A stretch of DNA of 64,000 bases from Candidatus Krumholzibacteriia bacterium. Its GTDB lineage: Bacteria > Krumholzibacteriota > Krumholzibacteriia > JAJRXK01. The stretch covers positions 224,001-288,000 of the forward strand of contig JBGPIA010000001.1 of assembly GCA_041484665.1 (NCBI GenBank), written 5' to 3'. The notes below the pieces were generated by a model. The model saw only the letters and a list, made by a program, of their open reading frames with translations, had not been told where the DNA came from and did no database searches. This document shows positions 19,792 through 29,399 of the stretch, in pieces; within the stretch, counting starts at the first letter, position 1; each line of letters begins with the position of its first letter. The translations under genes were made by a program, and so were the position numbers.

Positions 19792-21510
19792 ATGCATTCG
19801 TCGATTCCCTCGGCGCCGCGCAGGCTGCTCTGGATGGCCTGCGCCCTGGCGCTCGCCACCCTGGCCCCCCTGCGGGCCGGGGCCGCTGTGTTCAGCAGCC
19901 GCTTCACCTACCAAGGAGAGCTCAGCCAGGGCGGCGTCCCCATCAACGGGGCCGCCGATCTGGTGTTCAAGCTCTTCGACGCACCCGTCGCGGGCACGCA
20001 GAAGGGCAATACCGTGACCGCCAATGCGTGGCCGATCGCCAACGGGAAGTTCACCATCGACCTCGACTTCACCAACGGCGGCGCCACCCCTGGCGTCTAC
20101 GACGGGCAGGAGCGTTGGCTCGAGATCACGGTGAACGCGAACGTCCTGACGCCGCGCGAGCGGCTGGCGCCGTCGCCGCACGCCATCGTGGCCAAGTCGC
20201 TTGCCTTGCCCCTCAGCCAGACCACCGACCAGGGTACCGGCATCGAGATCATCAGCACCGCCAACGTGGCGCAGGCGAGGATCATCCGGGGCGAGACCCA
20301 GTCCCAGCAGGTTGGATCGATCGCCGTCATGGGCGAGGCGACGGGCGGCAGCCCCAATGAGAACGTCGGCGTGTTCGGTCGCAGCGACGGCTTGAATGGT
20401 TTCGGCGTGGCCGGCGAGGCGTCTTCACCCGCCGGCAACATCACCGGCGTCTACGGCGTCGCCTCCAACAGCCCTTCCGGGACGGGCGTGCTCGGGTTCG
20501 CGGCCTCCCCCACCGGCGCGACCCGGGGCGTGTACGGCAAGACGATGTCGCCCGACGGGTATGCAGGCTTCTTCGAGGGGCGCGGGTTCTTCACCAGCGC
20601 GGTCGGGATCCGCACGGTCGGCCCGCCGACGGCGATGCTGGAGATCCAGGCCAGCGACCCCGTGACCGGGTGGGCGCTGAAGGTCAACGACGAGCTGTAC
20701 GTGGATCATGCGAACAACTTCGTGGGCATCAACCGCAGCAACCGCATCGGTGCGGAGTATTTCGGCGTGCGCGCCCCCGTGGTGGGCAATGCCTACGGTG
20801 GCATGTACATGGAGACCTCCAGCGCCACCGGCAAGCCGTTCTACGGCTACGCTACAAGCGGGGCCATCAAGGTGTGGACCGAGTTCGACGCCGCCGTCAA
20901 CGAGTGGAAGGTCGTCACACCGGCGTTCCTCAATCCGGTCGACCGGCTCATCGTGAATACGTCCACCGGGAACACTGGCGTCAAGCGCTCGCCGACCGCC
21001 AACGACTTCGAGGTCGAGGGCACGGCGTCCAAGACGGCGGCCGGCAGCTGGCTGGCAAACTCCGACGCCCGCATCAAGACCGATGTCCAGACCGTTGGCG
21101 ACGCGCTGGCGACCCTCGACCAGGTTCGATTGGTGAGCTTCAAGTACACCGACGACTACAAGCGAGCGCACCCCACGCTTGAGGACCGGCGCTATCTCAA
21201 TGTGATCGCCCAGGAGTTCCAGAAGGTCTTCCCCAACGACGTCACGGGCAGCGGCGAGCGCCTGCCCGATGGCTCGGAGATCCTGCAGGTCGACACCTAT
21301 CCGCTGACCATCTACTCCGCTGCGGCGGTCCAGGAGCTGCACGGCATGCTGCGCGAGAAGGACGCCCAGCTCGCGTCGCAGCAGCAGGAGCTGACGTCGC
21401 TGCGCGATCGCGTCTGCCGCCTGGAGTCCCTCGTCGAGTCGGTTGCGGCCACCAGCGCGAGCGTGCAAGCCGCGAGCGTCCACCCCGCGAGCGCGAGCGT
21501 TCACCAGTGA
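19792..21510 (+). CDS. secreted fibre/adhesin with C-terminal peptidase S74 intramolecular chaperone
   Basis: Signal peptide; FTYQG.L domain; GV.G beta-helix-like repeats; SDARIKTDV...IAQE...VFP..V; terminal coiled coil. Confidence 0.8.
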   Translation: MHSSIPSAPRRLLWMACALALATLAPLRAGAAVFSSRFTYQGELSQGGVPINGAADLVFKLFDAPVAGTQKGNTVTANAWPIANGKFTIDLDFTNGGATPGVYDGQERWLEITVNANVLTPRERLAPSPHAIVAKSLALPLSQTTDQGTGIEIISTANVAQARIIRGETQSQQVGSIAVMGEATGGSPNENVGVFGRSDGLNGFGVAGEASSPAGNITGVYGVASNSPSGTGVLGFAASPTGATRGVYGKTMSPDGYAGFFEGRGFFTSAVGIRTVGPPTAMLEIQASDPVTGWALKVNDELYVDHANNFVGINRSNRIGAEYFGVRAPVVGNAYGGMYMETSSATGKPFYGYATSGAIKVWTEFDAAVNEWKVVTPAFLNPVDRLIVNTSTGNTGVKRSPTANDFEVEGTASKTAAGSWLANSDARIKTDVQTVGDALATLDQVRLVSFKYTDDYKRAHPTLEDRRYLNVIAQEFQKVFPNDVTGSGERLPDGSEILQVDTYPLTIYSAAAVQELHGMLREKDAQLASQQQELTSLRDRVCRLESLVESVAATSASVQAASVHPASASVHQ

Positions 21511-21548
21511 GCCGCGCGGCCGCTAGGCAAGCCACGGGAGGCACGACC

Positions 21549-22127
21549 ATGAGGTTCGCGAAGCCCCTGCACCTCGCATCCGTTCTGCCCCTGCTGCTGT
21601 TGGTGTGCGCACCTCGGGTCTCACGCGCCCAGACCGGCGGCGGTTATGATTTGACCTGGAATACCATCGATGGCGGCGGGGCGACGTTCAGCATCGGCGC
21701 TGGCTACGTGCTGGGCGGCACCATCGGGCAGCCCGACGCGGGCACGCTGGCCGGGGCCGCCTTCACACTGGCGGGCGGTTTCTGGCAGGGAGGCGCCCTG
21801 GTATCGACGGGGGTCGATCCCGACGGACCGCCGATTGCGAGCCTGCCGGCCGCCTTCCAGCTGCATCCGAGCGCTCCCAATCCGTTCAACCCGCAGACGA
21901 CGGTCGCGTTCGATCTGCCGAGCGCCAGCTCGGTGCATCTAGCGGTCTACAGCCTGCGCGGCGCGCTGGTGCGGACCCTGGCCAACGAGGCCATGCCCGC
22001 CGGGCGCTACCAGAGGCGGTGGGACGGCAAGGACAATGCGGGCGCGCCGGTCGCCAGCGGCACGTATCTCGTGCGGCTGCAGGCGGGCGCATTCCGCGAC
22101 CAGCACAAGGTGTCGCTCATCAAATGA
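21549..22127 (+). CDS. small secreted protein, Gly-rich GGFW domain + FlgD-type C-terminal domain
   Basis: YDLTWNTIDGGG...GTIGQPDAG...LAGGFW; PNPFNP...WDGKD..G..VASG.Y. Confidence 0.8.
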   Translation: MRFAKPLHLASVLPLLLLVCAPRVSRAQTGGGYDLTWNTIDGGGATFSIGAGYVLGGTIGQPDAGTLAGAAFTLAGGFWQGGALVSTGVDPDGPPIASLPAAFQLHPSAPNPFNPQTTVAFDLPSASSVHLAVYSLRGALVRTLANEAMPAGRYQRRWDGKDNAGAPVASGTYLVRLQAGAFRDQHKVSLIK

Positions 22128-22258
22128 CGAACCAGCGGGTCACCGAGGCGGTGACCGACCTTGATTCCCGCGCGGCGGCCTGACGGCTGCCGCGCGGTCG
22201 CGTCAAGGCCCCGCCGATCCCGGACGGGCCGAGATGGCCAACGGCACGCGCTCACGCG

Positions 22259-22287
22259 AAGGGGCCCTGGCCATGCCAGGGCCCCTT
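22259..22287. terminator. perfect 13-bp inverted repeat between convergent genes
   Basis: aaggggccctggc-cat-gccagggcccctt. Confidence 0.65.
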
Positions 22288-22384
22288 GCCGCACGAGGGG
22301 ACGGATGATCGACAGTGGGTGCCCACGGGGCCCGCCATCGGCGGGGTCCCAGCAACCCCCCGCGCGCCGCGCGTCGATTCAAGA

Positions 22385-22954
22385 TCAGGAATGGGTGGCG
22401 GCGGCAGGCGCCACCGAGAGGATCTCCATGAAATGGACGCCGTGCACCTCGTGGGCGATGCCCTTGACCGTCACCTGCTTGCCCACGTAGGGCGCGAGCG
22501 TCTTCCCTGCGGGCGTCTGATCCTTCATCAGCGCCACGTAGAAGCGGTTGCTGATGAGCAGTCCCGCCGGAAGGCCCGACTCCAGGTAGTTCGTCGTGCA
22601 GGGCGCGGACCGTGCCGCGGCATTGCCGCCTGCGTGGGACAGGGAGCAGGTGATGTCGACAACCTCTCCGGTGTAGCTCGACTCCGTCGGGGTCGCGGGC
22701 ATCGTCGAGGCCAGCTTGGTGTGAGCGGCGGGCTTGGCGTGGGCAGCTGGCGTGCTCGTGGCAGCTGCGGGCTTGGCCTGCATTGCCGGTGCCGCAGTGG
22801 GAGCGCTCGCGGGCTTGGTGGTTGCCGCCGAGGGTACAGGCGTCCCGGCGGGCTTGGGGGCGTTTGTCTTGGGCGGCTCGGCGGCGTTCGCCGAGACGGC
22901 CAGGAACGCGATCGCGAGCACCACTCCCAACGTGGCAGCGATTCGGCGATTCAT
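22385..22954 (-). CDS. secreted hypothetical protein with Pro/Ala linker and small Cys/His domain
   Basis: Signal peptide ending ANA; GEVVDITC...H...C......G.PAGLL...VTVKG. Confidence 0.7.
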   Translation of the reverse strand: MNRRIAATLGVVLAIAFLAVSANAAEPPKTNAPKPAGTPVPSAATTKPASAPTAAPAMQAKPAAATSTPAAHAKPAAHTKLASTMPATPTESSYTGEVVDITCSLSHAGGNAAARSAPCTTNYLESGLPAGLLISNRFYVALMKDQTPAGKTLAPYVGKQVTVKGIAHEVHGVHFMEILSVAPAAATHS

Positions 22955-23308
22955 GTCTCCAACTCTCCTCTTCTCGGACGCCACGAACGCCCAAGATTGC
23001 AGACGTCCCCTTGTCCGCCCGGCTCGGACGAGCCGGCAGAAGCGCCGTGGCCATGGTCGTGGTCCCGGCCGCGGCTCGCGGGACGCTCAGGGGTCTGGAT
23101 ACGCGGCTCTTCTACCCCCGCGGGGTGGATCGGTTCCCTCGGGAGAGTGGCGGTGGGGCGGGCAGAGTCGGGTCCCGGACCGCGCTCGTCGGCATTCATC
23201 GGATGGAAAACCGGCCCGCCACCGACTTGCGTCCGTAAGGTCATGGCGTATGTTGGGCGGGGTGAACCGCGACGAGGACCGGCCCGCTTGCGACCCGGAG
23301 AGGATGCC

Positions 23309-23734
23309 ATGGCCGTCGAGATCCAGGTCAGCTACGAAGGAGCGCTGCGCTGCCGTGCCACCCACGGTCCCTCGAAGAGCCAGTTGACCACCGACGCTCC
23401 CGTGGACAACCAGGGCCGCGGTGAGACATTCTCCCCGACCGATCTGGTAGCCACCGCCCTGGGGACCTGCCTCCTGACGACGATGGGCATCGTCGCCCAG
23501 CGGCACGGGATCGACCTGACCGGAGCCACCGTGAAGGTGGAGAAGCACATGATCGCCGATCCCGATCGGCGCATCGCCGCCCTCCCGGCGGTCGTCACCT
23601 TCCCGGCCCGCGTCGCAGCGGAGGTCGCCGACAAGGAGCGCGCACTGCTGGAGCGAACCGCCCATGGCTGCCCGGTGCAGCGCAGCCTGGATCCGCGCGT
23701 GGAGAGGCCGATCGCGTTCGTCTGGGAGCGCTGA
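23309..23734 (+). CDS. OsmC/Ohr family protein
   Basis: TDAP.DN.G.G..FSPTDL...ALG.C ... CPV..SL. Confidence 0.9.
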   Translation: MAVEIQVSYEGALRCRATHGPSKSQLTTDAPVDNQGRGETFSPTDLVATALGTCLLTTMGIVAQRHGIDLTGATVKVEKHMIADPDRRIAALPAVVTFPARVAAEVADKERALLERTAHGCPVQRSLDPRVERPIAFVWER

Positions 23735-23797
23735 CCCGCTCCTTCGAGCGCCAACCCGGCCGGCGGGCGCGGCGCCACACCACGCGCCCGGGCGACC

Positions 23798-25069
23798 CTA
23801 CCGCACGTCGTCGCGCACCAGCGGGTGGGCCAGGCAGTGCGGGCCACCGCGTGCACGGGAAAGCTCGTGGCTGGGCAGGAGCACGCAGACGCGTTCGCCC
23901 GCCTGCAGGTCCAGGGCGTGTTTGCCCTTGAGCACGTCGCGCGCGTCCACGACGCGGAATCCGCGGCGGGCCAATTGCTCCGCGGTGCCCACGTTGCGGT
24001 CGTAGAGCATGATGAACCCGGGGGCCAGGGCGAACGCGTTGGCACCGTCGGTCCACTGCTCGCGCTGCTGCGCCACCGCATCGCTGCCGCCGCACAGCAC
24101 GGGCTCGAGGTCCAGCCCGCGCAGCGCCAGGGCCGAGAGGAAACCCGCGCAGCTCACAGCCTGCTGGTCCCGCGAATGCAGATCGATCTCGTAGACGCGC
24201 GCCTCCTCCGAGCCACCCGGCAAAAGCACCGGCGCGTAGATCAGGCAGAGGTCGCGGTCGATCGCCGTGACCACGGTGTCCAGGTGCATGTAGGCGCGCC
24301 GCTGCGGAAGCGCCACCACGATCAGCCAGCGCGGGCCTCCTTCGCACAGCGCCAGGGCCTTGGCCAGGTGCTGCACGCCGGTGCGGTTGGTGCGCTCGGA
24401 GTACCCGATGGCGATCACATCGCGCGACAGCACCAGCACGTCGCCCCCCTCGATGCGCGGGTGGTGCGGACCTAGGTAGAGCGGCCGGTCACGCACCGGC
24501 TGCAGAGGGTCGTGCAGCACCGGGACCGACGCGAAGCGCGGATGATGATGGAAGATCGCCCGCGCCAGCAGCGACTCGCGCCAGCGTGCGGGCATGGCCA
24601 TGGCCGAGAACACCACACCGTCGCCCATGATCACCTGCGGGTCGCGCTGGAAGCACCAGTTGGGCAGCGGTGGGAGCTCGTAGAGCTCGTCCACCTCGAT
24701 GCCGGCCTGGCTCGGATCCTGCCGCACGCCGCTGACGAGCATCGTGGCCAGCTCCTTGGCCGATACATTCCGCATCCGTTCGGCCACGGCCATGCTGAGG
24801 CCTTCCAGCAGCACTTCCAACACCCAGTCCCGCGCTGCGGGATTCTGCATCGTCTCCACCAGCAGATCGCGCACTTCGAGCACCTCGATGCCCAGCAGCT
24901 GCATGATCTTGCGCACGCGCCGGTGCTCCTCCCGCGCGGCGTTGCCGAACAGAATGTCGTCGAACAGCAGCTCCTCCATCATGGCGGGGACCATGCGGTC
25001 GACCTCGGGGCCGGGCTCGTGCAGGAGCACCTGGCGCAGGCGGCCGATCTCGGAGGTGACGTGGACCAC
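23798..25069 (-). CDS. arcA: arginine deiminase family protein
   Basis: V.SEIG.LR.V.LH.PG.E, LLFDDI, PN..FQRD, EGGD, MHLDT, EQW.DGAN, ELSRARGGPHCL. Confidence 0.85.
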   Translation of the reverse strand: MVHVTSEIGRLRQVLLHEPGPEVDRMVPAMMEELLFDDILFGNAAREEHRRVRKIMQLLGIEVLEVRDLLVETMQNPAARDWVLEVLLEGLSMAVAERMRNVSAKELATMLVSGVRQDPSQAGIEVDELYELPPLPNWCFQRDPQVIMGDGVVFSAMAMPARWRESLLARAIFHHHPRFASVPVLHDPLQPVRDRPLYLGPHHPRIEGGDVLVLSRDVIAIGYSERTNRTGVQHLAKALALCEGGPRWLIVVALPQRRAYMHLDTVVTAIDRDLCLIYAPVLLPGGSEEARVYEIDLHSRDQQAVSCAGFLSALALRGLDLEPVLCGGSDAVAQQREQWTDGANAFALAPGFIMLYDRNVGTAEQLARRGFRVVDARDVLKGKHALDLQAGERVCVLLPSHELSRARGGPHCLAHPLVRDDVR

Positions 25070-25072
25070 GCC

Positions 25073-25510
25073 CTACCGCTCCCGCTTCCACTCCGCCAGC
25101 TGGGCGTCGTCATCCTCGGTGGGACGGATGAGCGCCATGAGCGAGAGCGCCCAGACCGTGAACGCCAGGAAAATGCGCCAGCCTGCGCCGAGCATGAAGA
25201 GGAGGAACCCGTACACGGCGACCGTCTCGGCGATGGCGTAGCGGAGGACGAAGAAGCGGGCCGGGTCGTGCCTCGCCCAACGGGCGAGCGGGCGCTTGAC
25301 CAGCACGAGCACGATGCTGACCCCGCCCGCCAGCGCAGCCAGCACCCCCGTCAGCAGCCCCAAGCTCGGCGTGGCAGCGGCGCGTGCGAGCGTCCGCCGC
25401 ACCAGCCAGCCGACGAGCACGAACAGGACGGGCGAGAGCATTCCCGTCATCCACAGGACGCGCGTGACCATCTGGGCTTGACCCGGACGCGGGCGAGCGG
25501 GCTCGGTCAT
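25073..25510 (-). CDS. small multi-TM membrane protein
   Basis: Four hydrophobic segments; 3 nt upstream of arcA on the same strand. Confidence 0.65.
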   Translation of the reverse strand: MTEPARPRPGQAQMVTRVLWMTGMLSPVLFVLVGWLVRRTLARAAATPSLGLLTGVLAALAGGVSIVLVLVKRPLARWARHDPARFFVLRYAIAETVAVYGFLLFMLGAGWRIFLAFTVWALSLMALIRPTEDDDAQLAEWKRER

Positions 25511-25656
25511 GGGACCCCCAACCGAAGGCACGCGCAGAGCGCGCTCCAGAGCGCCGGCGCCGCGCATCCTAACCTGGGGCGCCGCCGCGTGCCAGGGGCG
25601 GTTTGGCGGAGCGTGCCGGCCCGTGCCCGCGCGCGGGCGGCCTCGGCGTAAGTTGC

Positions 25657-25685
25657 TTGAGCCGTGCTCGGCGCGGGGCTACGCT
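25657..25685 (+). promoter_or_regulatory. candidate sigma70 promoter giving a near-leaderless transcript
   Basis: TTGAGC-N17-TACGCT, 10 nt before ATG 25696. Confidence 0.35.
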
Positions 25686-25695
25686 GAGCGGCGCG

Positions 25696-26202
25696 ATGAC
25701 CTCCCCGCCACCTCCGCCGCGCCCCAACACGGCGCGCGCCGCGTCTGGGCCGGTGCTGGCCCGGCCGGTGGGCGTTCCCCTGTATGTGTTGGCCGTACTG
25801 GCCGCGGCGCTGCTGCTCACGATGGTGCGCGGGACGCTCATGGCCCGCGACCGGCACTCCCGCCTGCAGCCGGCTCGCGTGCCTGCCGAGGTTGAGCTCG
25901 ATCCCACGGCGTCCCGCGACGTCACCCTCGCGGCGGGAGCGCGCTTCCTCGTAGTGCGCGTCCCGCGTGCGGTGGGCCGGCGTCTCGCGCTGCACCAGGT
26001 GCTGCCCCAGCGCACGTTGGTGCGCTGGGTGGAGCCGGTGGCGCAGGACGGCGGGCTGGTGGTGCTGCCGCTGGAGGGACTGCAGGATGGCACGTACTCA
26101 GTGAGCCTGGCTGCGGAGGGAGAGCACGCCGCGCCCGTGGAGATGGACGCTGCGCCGCTGGAACGGGAGGTGCTGGGGCGATTCGTGCTGACGCGCAGGT
26201 GA
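25696..26202 (+). CDS. hypothetical single-TM protein
   Basis: One TM helix then beta-rich domain (L.DGTY.V.L); GC3-rich codons. Confidence 0.55.
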   Translation: MTSPPPPPRPNTARAASGPVLARPVGVPLYVLAVLAAALLLTMVRGTLMARDRHSRLQPARVPAEVELDPTASRDVTLAAGARFLVVRVPRAVGRRLALHQVLPQRTLVRWVEPVAQDGGLVVLPLEGLQDGTYSVSLAAEGEHAAPVEMDAAPLEREVLGRFVLTRR

Positions 26203-26228
26203 GGCGTGGCAGGCACGCGACACCGTAC

Positions 26229-27278
26229 CTACTTCGATGGGGTGAAGACGAAGGGCGTGTTGAACGCTACGGTGCCTTCGGGGATGGCGGGGAACTTCCA
26301 AGCGCGCAGCTGCGCCAGCACGCACTCCCGCATGGCGGGAGCGCCCAGGCTGTCCGCGACGATGGCGGCCTCTAGCACTTCACCCGAGGCAGCAACCACC
26401 AGGCTGACGACGATCTTGCCGCGCAACGACGGGTTGCGCTTGAGCTCGTTGTCATAGCAGAACTGGATGCCCGGGGCGTAGCGCCGCACCACCGCGAGCA
26501 GCGACGCGTTGCTGCGGCCCGGCGCGCGCGCCCCTGCGCCACCGGTCCCTGTACCGCCCACCACGCCACCCACACCGCTACCGGCACCCCCAACCGCGCC
26601 GCCCCCTGTCCCGGAGCCGCTCGGTCCGCCGTCGCCACCCGCGCCGCCACTCCATCCGCTCGCGGTGAGCCCCGTGATGGCCTCGATGGAGATGAGCGAG
26701 CTCTGCAACGATGGGCCCGCGGTGGCGGATGCTCCGGCCGGCGCCGCGCCGCCGACCGAGGCCAGCTGCTCCGCGGAGCGCCCGACGCCGACCATTCGCC
26801 GGCGGCCCCCGCCGGCCGCGGGGCTCGCAGAGACGAGAGCGGGCTGCACCGACGACAAGGACGAGGATAGATCCTTGAGGACCGACTGCAGCGAGCCGGT
26901 CACGCTCGCGACCTGTTCGGTGACCTCCCGGCGCGCGCGCTGGCGGCCCACCTGGCCTTGCGGGACCGCCGGCGGCGCGGCGACTGCCGGACTGAGTGGC
27001 GCTTGCTTCGCCTTGTGCGCCGGTGGCGCGCTGGGCTTCGCGGTTTCAGACTCCTTCGACGCCGGCTTGGGCCCGGACTTCGGCCGCACCCGCGCCGCGA
27101 CCTTCTCGCCGTACCGCTCCTGGATGTAGGAGATCTCGCGCAGGACCTCGCGCTTGCGCTCGCGGGGTGCCGGCGGGCGGAGCATGAGCAGCGCCACCAC
27201 CAGGAACACGTGGACCACCACGCTCACGGCGAACCCGCCGCGCGTGGGGCCGCGCCGACTGATCCGCCTGCGGATCAT
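26229..27278 (-). CDS. TonB-like energy transducer with AgmX/PglI C-terminal domain
   Basis: N-terminal TM with S...H; Pro/Gly linker; IQFCYDNELKRNPSLRGKIVV...CV......WKFP. Confidence 0.85.
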   Translation of the reverse strand: MIRRRISRRGPTRGGFAVSVVVHVFLVVALLMLRPPAPRERKREVLREISYIQERYGEKVAARVRPKSGPKPASKESETAKPSAPPAHKAKQAPLSPAVAAPPAVPQGQVGRQRARREVTEQVASVTGSLQSVLKDLSSSLSSVQPALVSASPAAGGGRRRMVGVGRSAEQLASVGGAAPAGASATAGPSLQSSLISIEAITGLTASGWSGGAGGDGGPSGSGTGGGAVGGAGSGVGGVVGGTGTGGAGARAPGRSNASLLAVVRRYAPGIQFCYDNELKRNPSLRGKIVVSLVVAASGEVLEAAIVADSLGAPAMRECVLAQLRAWKFPAIPEGTVAFNTPFVFTPSK

Positions 27279-27688
27279 CGTTGCGCGTCACCCGGCCCTT
27301 CGTGCTCTTTGGTCGCAATCGTGATCCGTGGCGCCTTTGCGGCCTTGACCTCGGCGATCAGCCGCTCAACATCGCTGTAGAGCAGCCCCCGGTCTGCGCA
27401 GATCACCGCCACGGACTCGGGGTTCTCGGCGAAGCGCGGCGCCAGGAGCGCGCGTACATCCGCCAGTTGCACCGGGTGGTCATCGATGGTGATGGTCCCA
27501 TCGAGGGCATAGACCACTTCGGTCTTCTGTTCGTCGTTCACTTCGCTGGCGCGGGCTTTGGGAAGGTCCACCTTGCTGTTGTTGTTGTTCAAGAACGGCG
27601 AGATGACCATGAGCGCCAGCACGACCACCAGCGAAACGTCGATCAGGGGAACCACGCTGACTTTGTCCTTGTACTCGTAGCCGCGCAT
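27275..27688 (-). CDS. ExbD/TolR family protein
   Basis: VVPLIDVSLVVVLALMV with conserved Asp; VDLPKA; AD..L.Y. Confidence 0.85.
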   Translation of the reverse strand: MRGYEYKDKVSVVPLIDVSLVVVLALMVISPFLNNNNSKVDLPKARASEVNDEQKTEVVYALDGTITIDDHPVQLADVRALLAPRFAENPESVAVICADRGLLYSDVERLIAEVKAAKAPRITIATKEHEGPGDAQR

Positions 27689-27690
27689 GG

Positions 27691-28116
27691 TCAGGCCTGC
27701 CCTTGCGTGTTCACCAGCGACAGGCCCTCGGCCCCGCTGGCCTTGGCGATGTCCAGAACCGTCACCACGTCGGAGAGCCGCACCGGGCCCCGTGGTACGA
27801 CCAGCACGGTCTTGTCCTTGCGCGCGGCGAGCTCCCGCTCCAGCACCGCCCCCAGCTGCGCCAGCGATACCGCCTCGCGGTTCACCGTGATGCCATCGGT
27901 CGCCACGGTGACGATCAGGAGCTCGTCGCTGGGCGGCGGTGGCGTCTCGATGGTGGCGCCGGGACCGGCGTTCTCGGCGCTCACCTGGATGCCGTTCCAG
28001 AGCAACGCCGGCATCGTGACCAGGAAAACGAGGATGAGGATGGTGGTCACGTCGGCGAGCGGCGTGACGTTCACCTCGTTGATACCGTGGTCGACATGCC
28101 TGCGACGGGAAGCCAT
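27691..28116 (-). CDS. ExbD/TolR family protein
   Basis: EVNVTPLADV..ILILVFLV with conserved Asp; VV.VLD.AK..G. Confidence 0.88.
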   Translation of the reverse strand: MASRRRHVDHGINEVNVTPLADVTTILILVFLVTMPALLWNGIQVSAENAGPGATIETPPPPSDELLIVTVATDGITVNREAVSLAQLGAVLERELAARKDKTVLVVPRGPVRLSDVVTVLDIAKASGAEGLSLVNTQGQA

Positions 28117-28125
28117 GGAAACACC

Positions 28126-28824
28126 TCAGCCCAGGAAGCCGGCCGGAGCAGGCTCCTGGACGACCCGGCCGCGCGTACCCGGCGTTGCTGCGGCGGGTGC
28201 GTGCGGCTGGCGGTGGCTCAACTGGCTCAGGAACTCCTCGCGCGCGTCCTCCAGCTCGACGACGCGGATGCGGATGCGGCGCACGAGCACGTTGTAGAAG
28301 ACCGTGGCGATCACGGCGACGAGGATGCCGGCAGCGGTAGTGATCAGCGCCTCCGCCACACCCATCGCTACCACCGCGCTGCCGCCCGCGCCGGTGCGCG
28401 CGATGTCGGCGAACGCGCGGATGATCCCCACGACGGTGCCGAACAGCCCCACCAGCGGGCCGATATTGCTCATGGTGCCGAGCACGCCGATATTGCGCTC
28501 CATCTCCACCTGCTCCACCTCGATGGCGGTGTCCATGCGCTGCTTCAGCTCCGGACGCGTCAGATGCAGGTGGCAGAGACCCTGCTCCAGTACGCGTGGC
28601 ACGGCGCCCTTGCGCTTGCGGCACGTGGAGAGCGCGGCGTCGTAGTCGCCGGCTCCAAGCTTGGGCGCCAGCTCCCGCAAGAAGTGCTCGACGTTCATCG
28701 TGCTCGACTTGAAGTAGAGCAGTCGCTCCACCACGAACGCGAGCGTGACGATCGAGCAGAGGATCAACACCACCAGGGTCGGGGAGGCCCGCAGGAGATC
28801 GACGAACGACATACCACCGAACAT
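28126..28824 (-). CDS. MotA/TolQ/ExbB proton channel protein
   Basis: GPLVGLFGTVVGIIRAF; GVAEALITTAAG. Confidence 0.92.
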   Translation of the reverse strand: MFGGMSFVDLLRASPTLVVLILCSIVTLAFVVERLLYFKSSTMNVEHFLRELAPKLGAGDYDAALSTCRKRKGAVPRVLEQGLCHLHLTRPELKQRMDTAIEVEQVEMERNIGVLGTMSNIGPLVGLFGTVVGIIRAFADIARTGAGGSAVVAMGVAEALITTAAGILVAVIATVFYNVLVRRIRIRVVELEDAREEFLSQLSHRQPHAPAAATPGTRGRVVQEPAPAGFLG

Positions 28825-28876
28825 GATGACTACTCCCTCTCGTTCTGCGTCGGCTTCATTGCCGGCGGCGCAAGGC

Positions 28877-29392
28877 TCAGGGACGGGCAGCGCCCGTCGG
28901 CGCGCCGGCCGCGTCCAGCCCGAGCGGCTTGAGCAGCACGCGATCGGGCAGGACGACCTCCCGGCCGACATCCAGGCTGGTCGTCAGGTAGCATCGATGA
29001 AGCAGGTCCTGATAGTGCGGCTGGCGGCGCGACGTGATGAACAGGACCTGGGGTACGGCGATCTCGCCTTCAATGGTGATGGCGTCCAGGGTGCGGTCAG
29101 CACCCTTTCCGCCGCTGCGCAGTCGCGACGCCGGACCGGGCTCGGCGCTGGCGCGGGTCGTCGCCGCGCCCGGGACCATGCCCTCGGCAGCCGCTTTGGA
29201 CGTGGCCGCAGGTCGTGCCGCAGGCGTGGCGTTCACCGGGCTCGAAGCCTTGGCCCGCGTGCGCGTGGAAGCGTCGGCCACGGTTGACAGCACGACGACC
29301 GTAACGAGCGCAGCAAGCGCCGTCAGCGCAGCAAACGAGCAGCGCGGAGCGGAGCGCAGCGCGGTGCGCCGGGGAATGGGACGGCGGGGCAT
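28877..29392 (-). CDS. small secreted protein, GltF/CglF-like
   Basis: Signal peptide; LDAITIEGEIAVPQVLFI resembles the TIEG...P motif; lies between TPR gene and motor. Confidence 0.55.
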   Translation of the reverse strand: MPRRPIPRRTALRSAPRCSFAALTALAALVTVVVLSTVADASTRTRAKASSPVNATPAARPAATSKAAAEGMVPGAATTRASAEPGPASRLRSGGKGADRTLDAITIEGEIAVPQVLFITSRRQPHYQDLLHRCYLTTSLDVGREVVLPDRVLLKPLGLDAAGAPTGAARP

Positions 29393-29399
29393 CAGAGGC

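Noticed and set aside
19792..21510. Prophage remnant suggested by the tail-fibre/S74 domain
   Set aside because: Has a signal peptide and no phage structural, integrase or lysis genes nearby
21455..21510. gcgagcgt repeats at the fibre gene end (ASVQ/ASVH)
   Set aside because: Short degenerate tail repeat after the chaperone domain; no function evident
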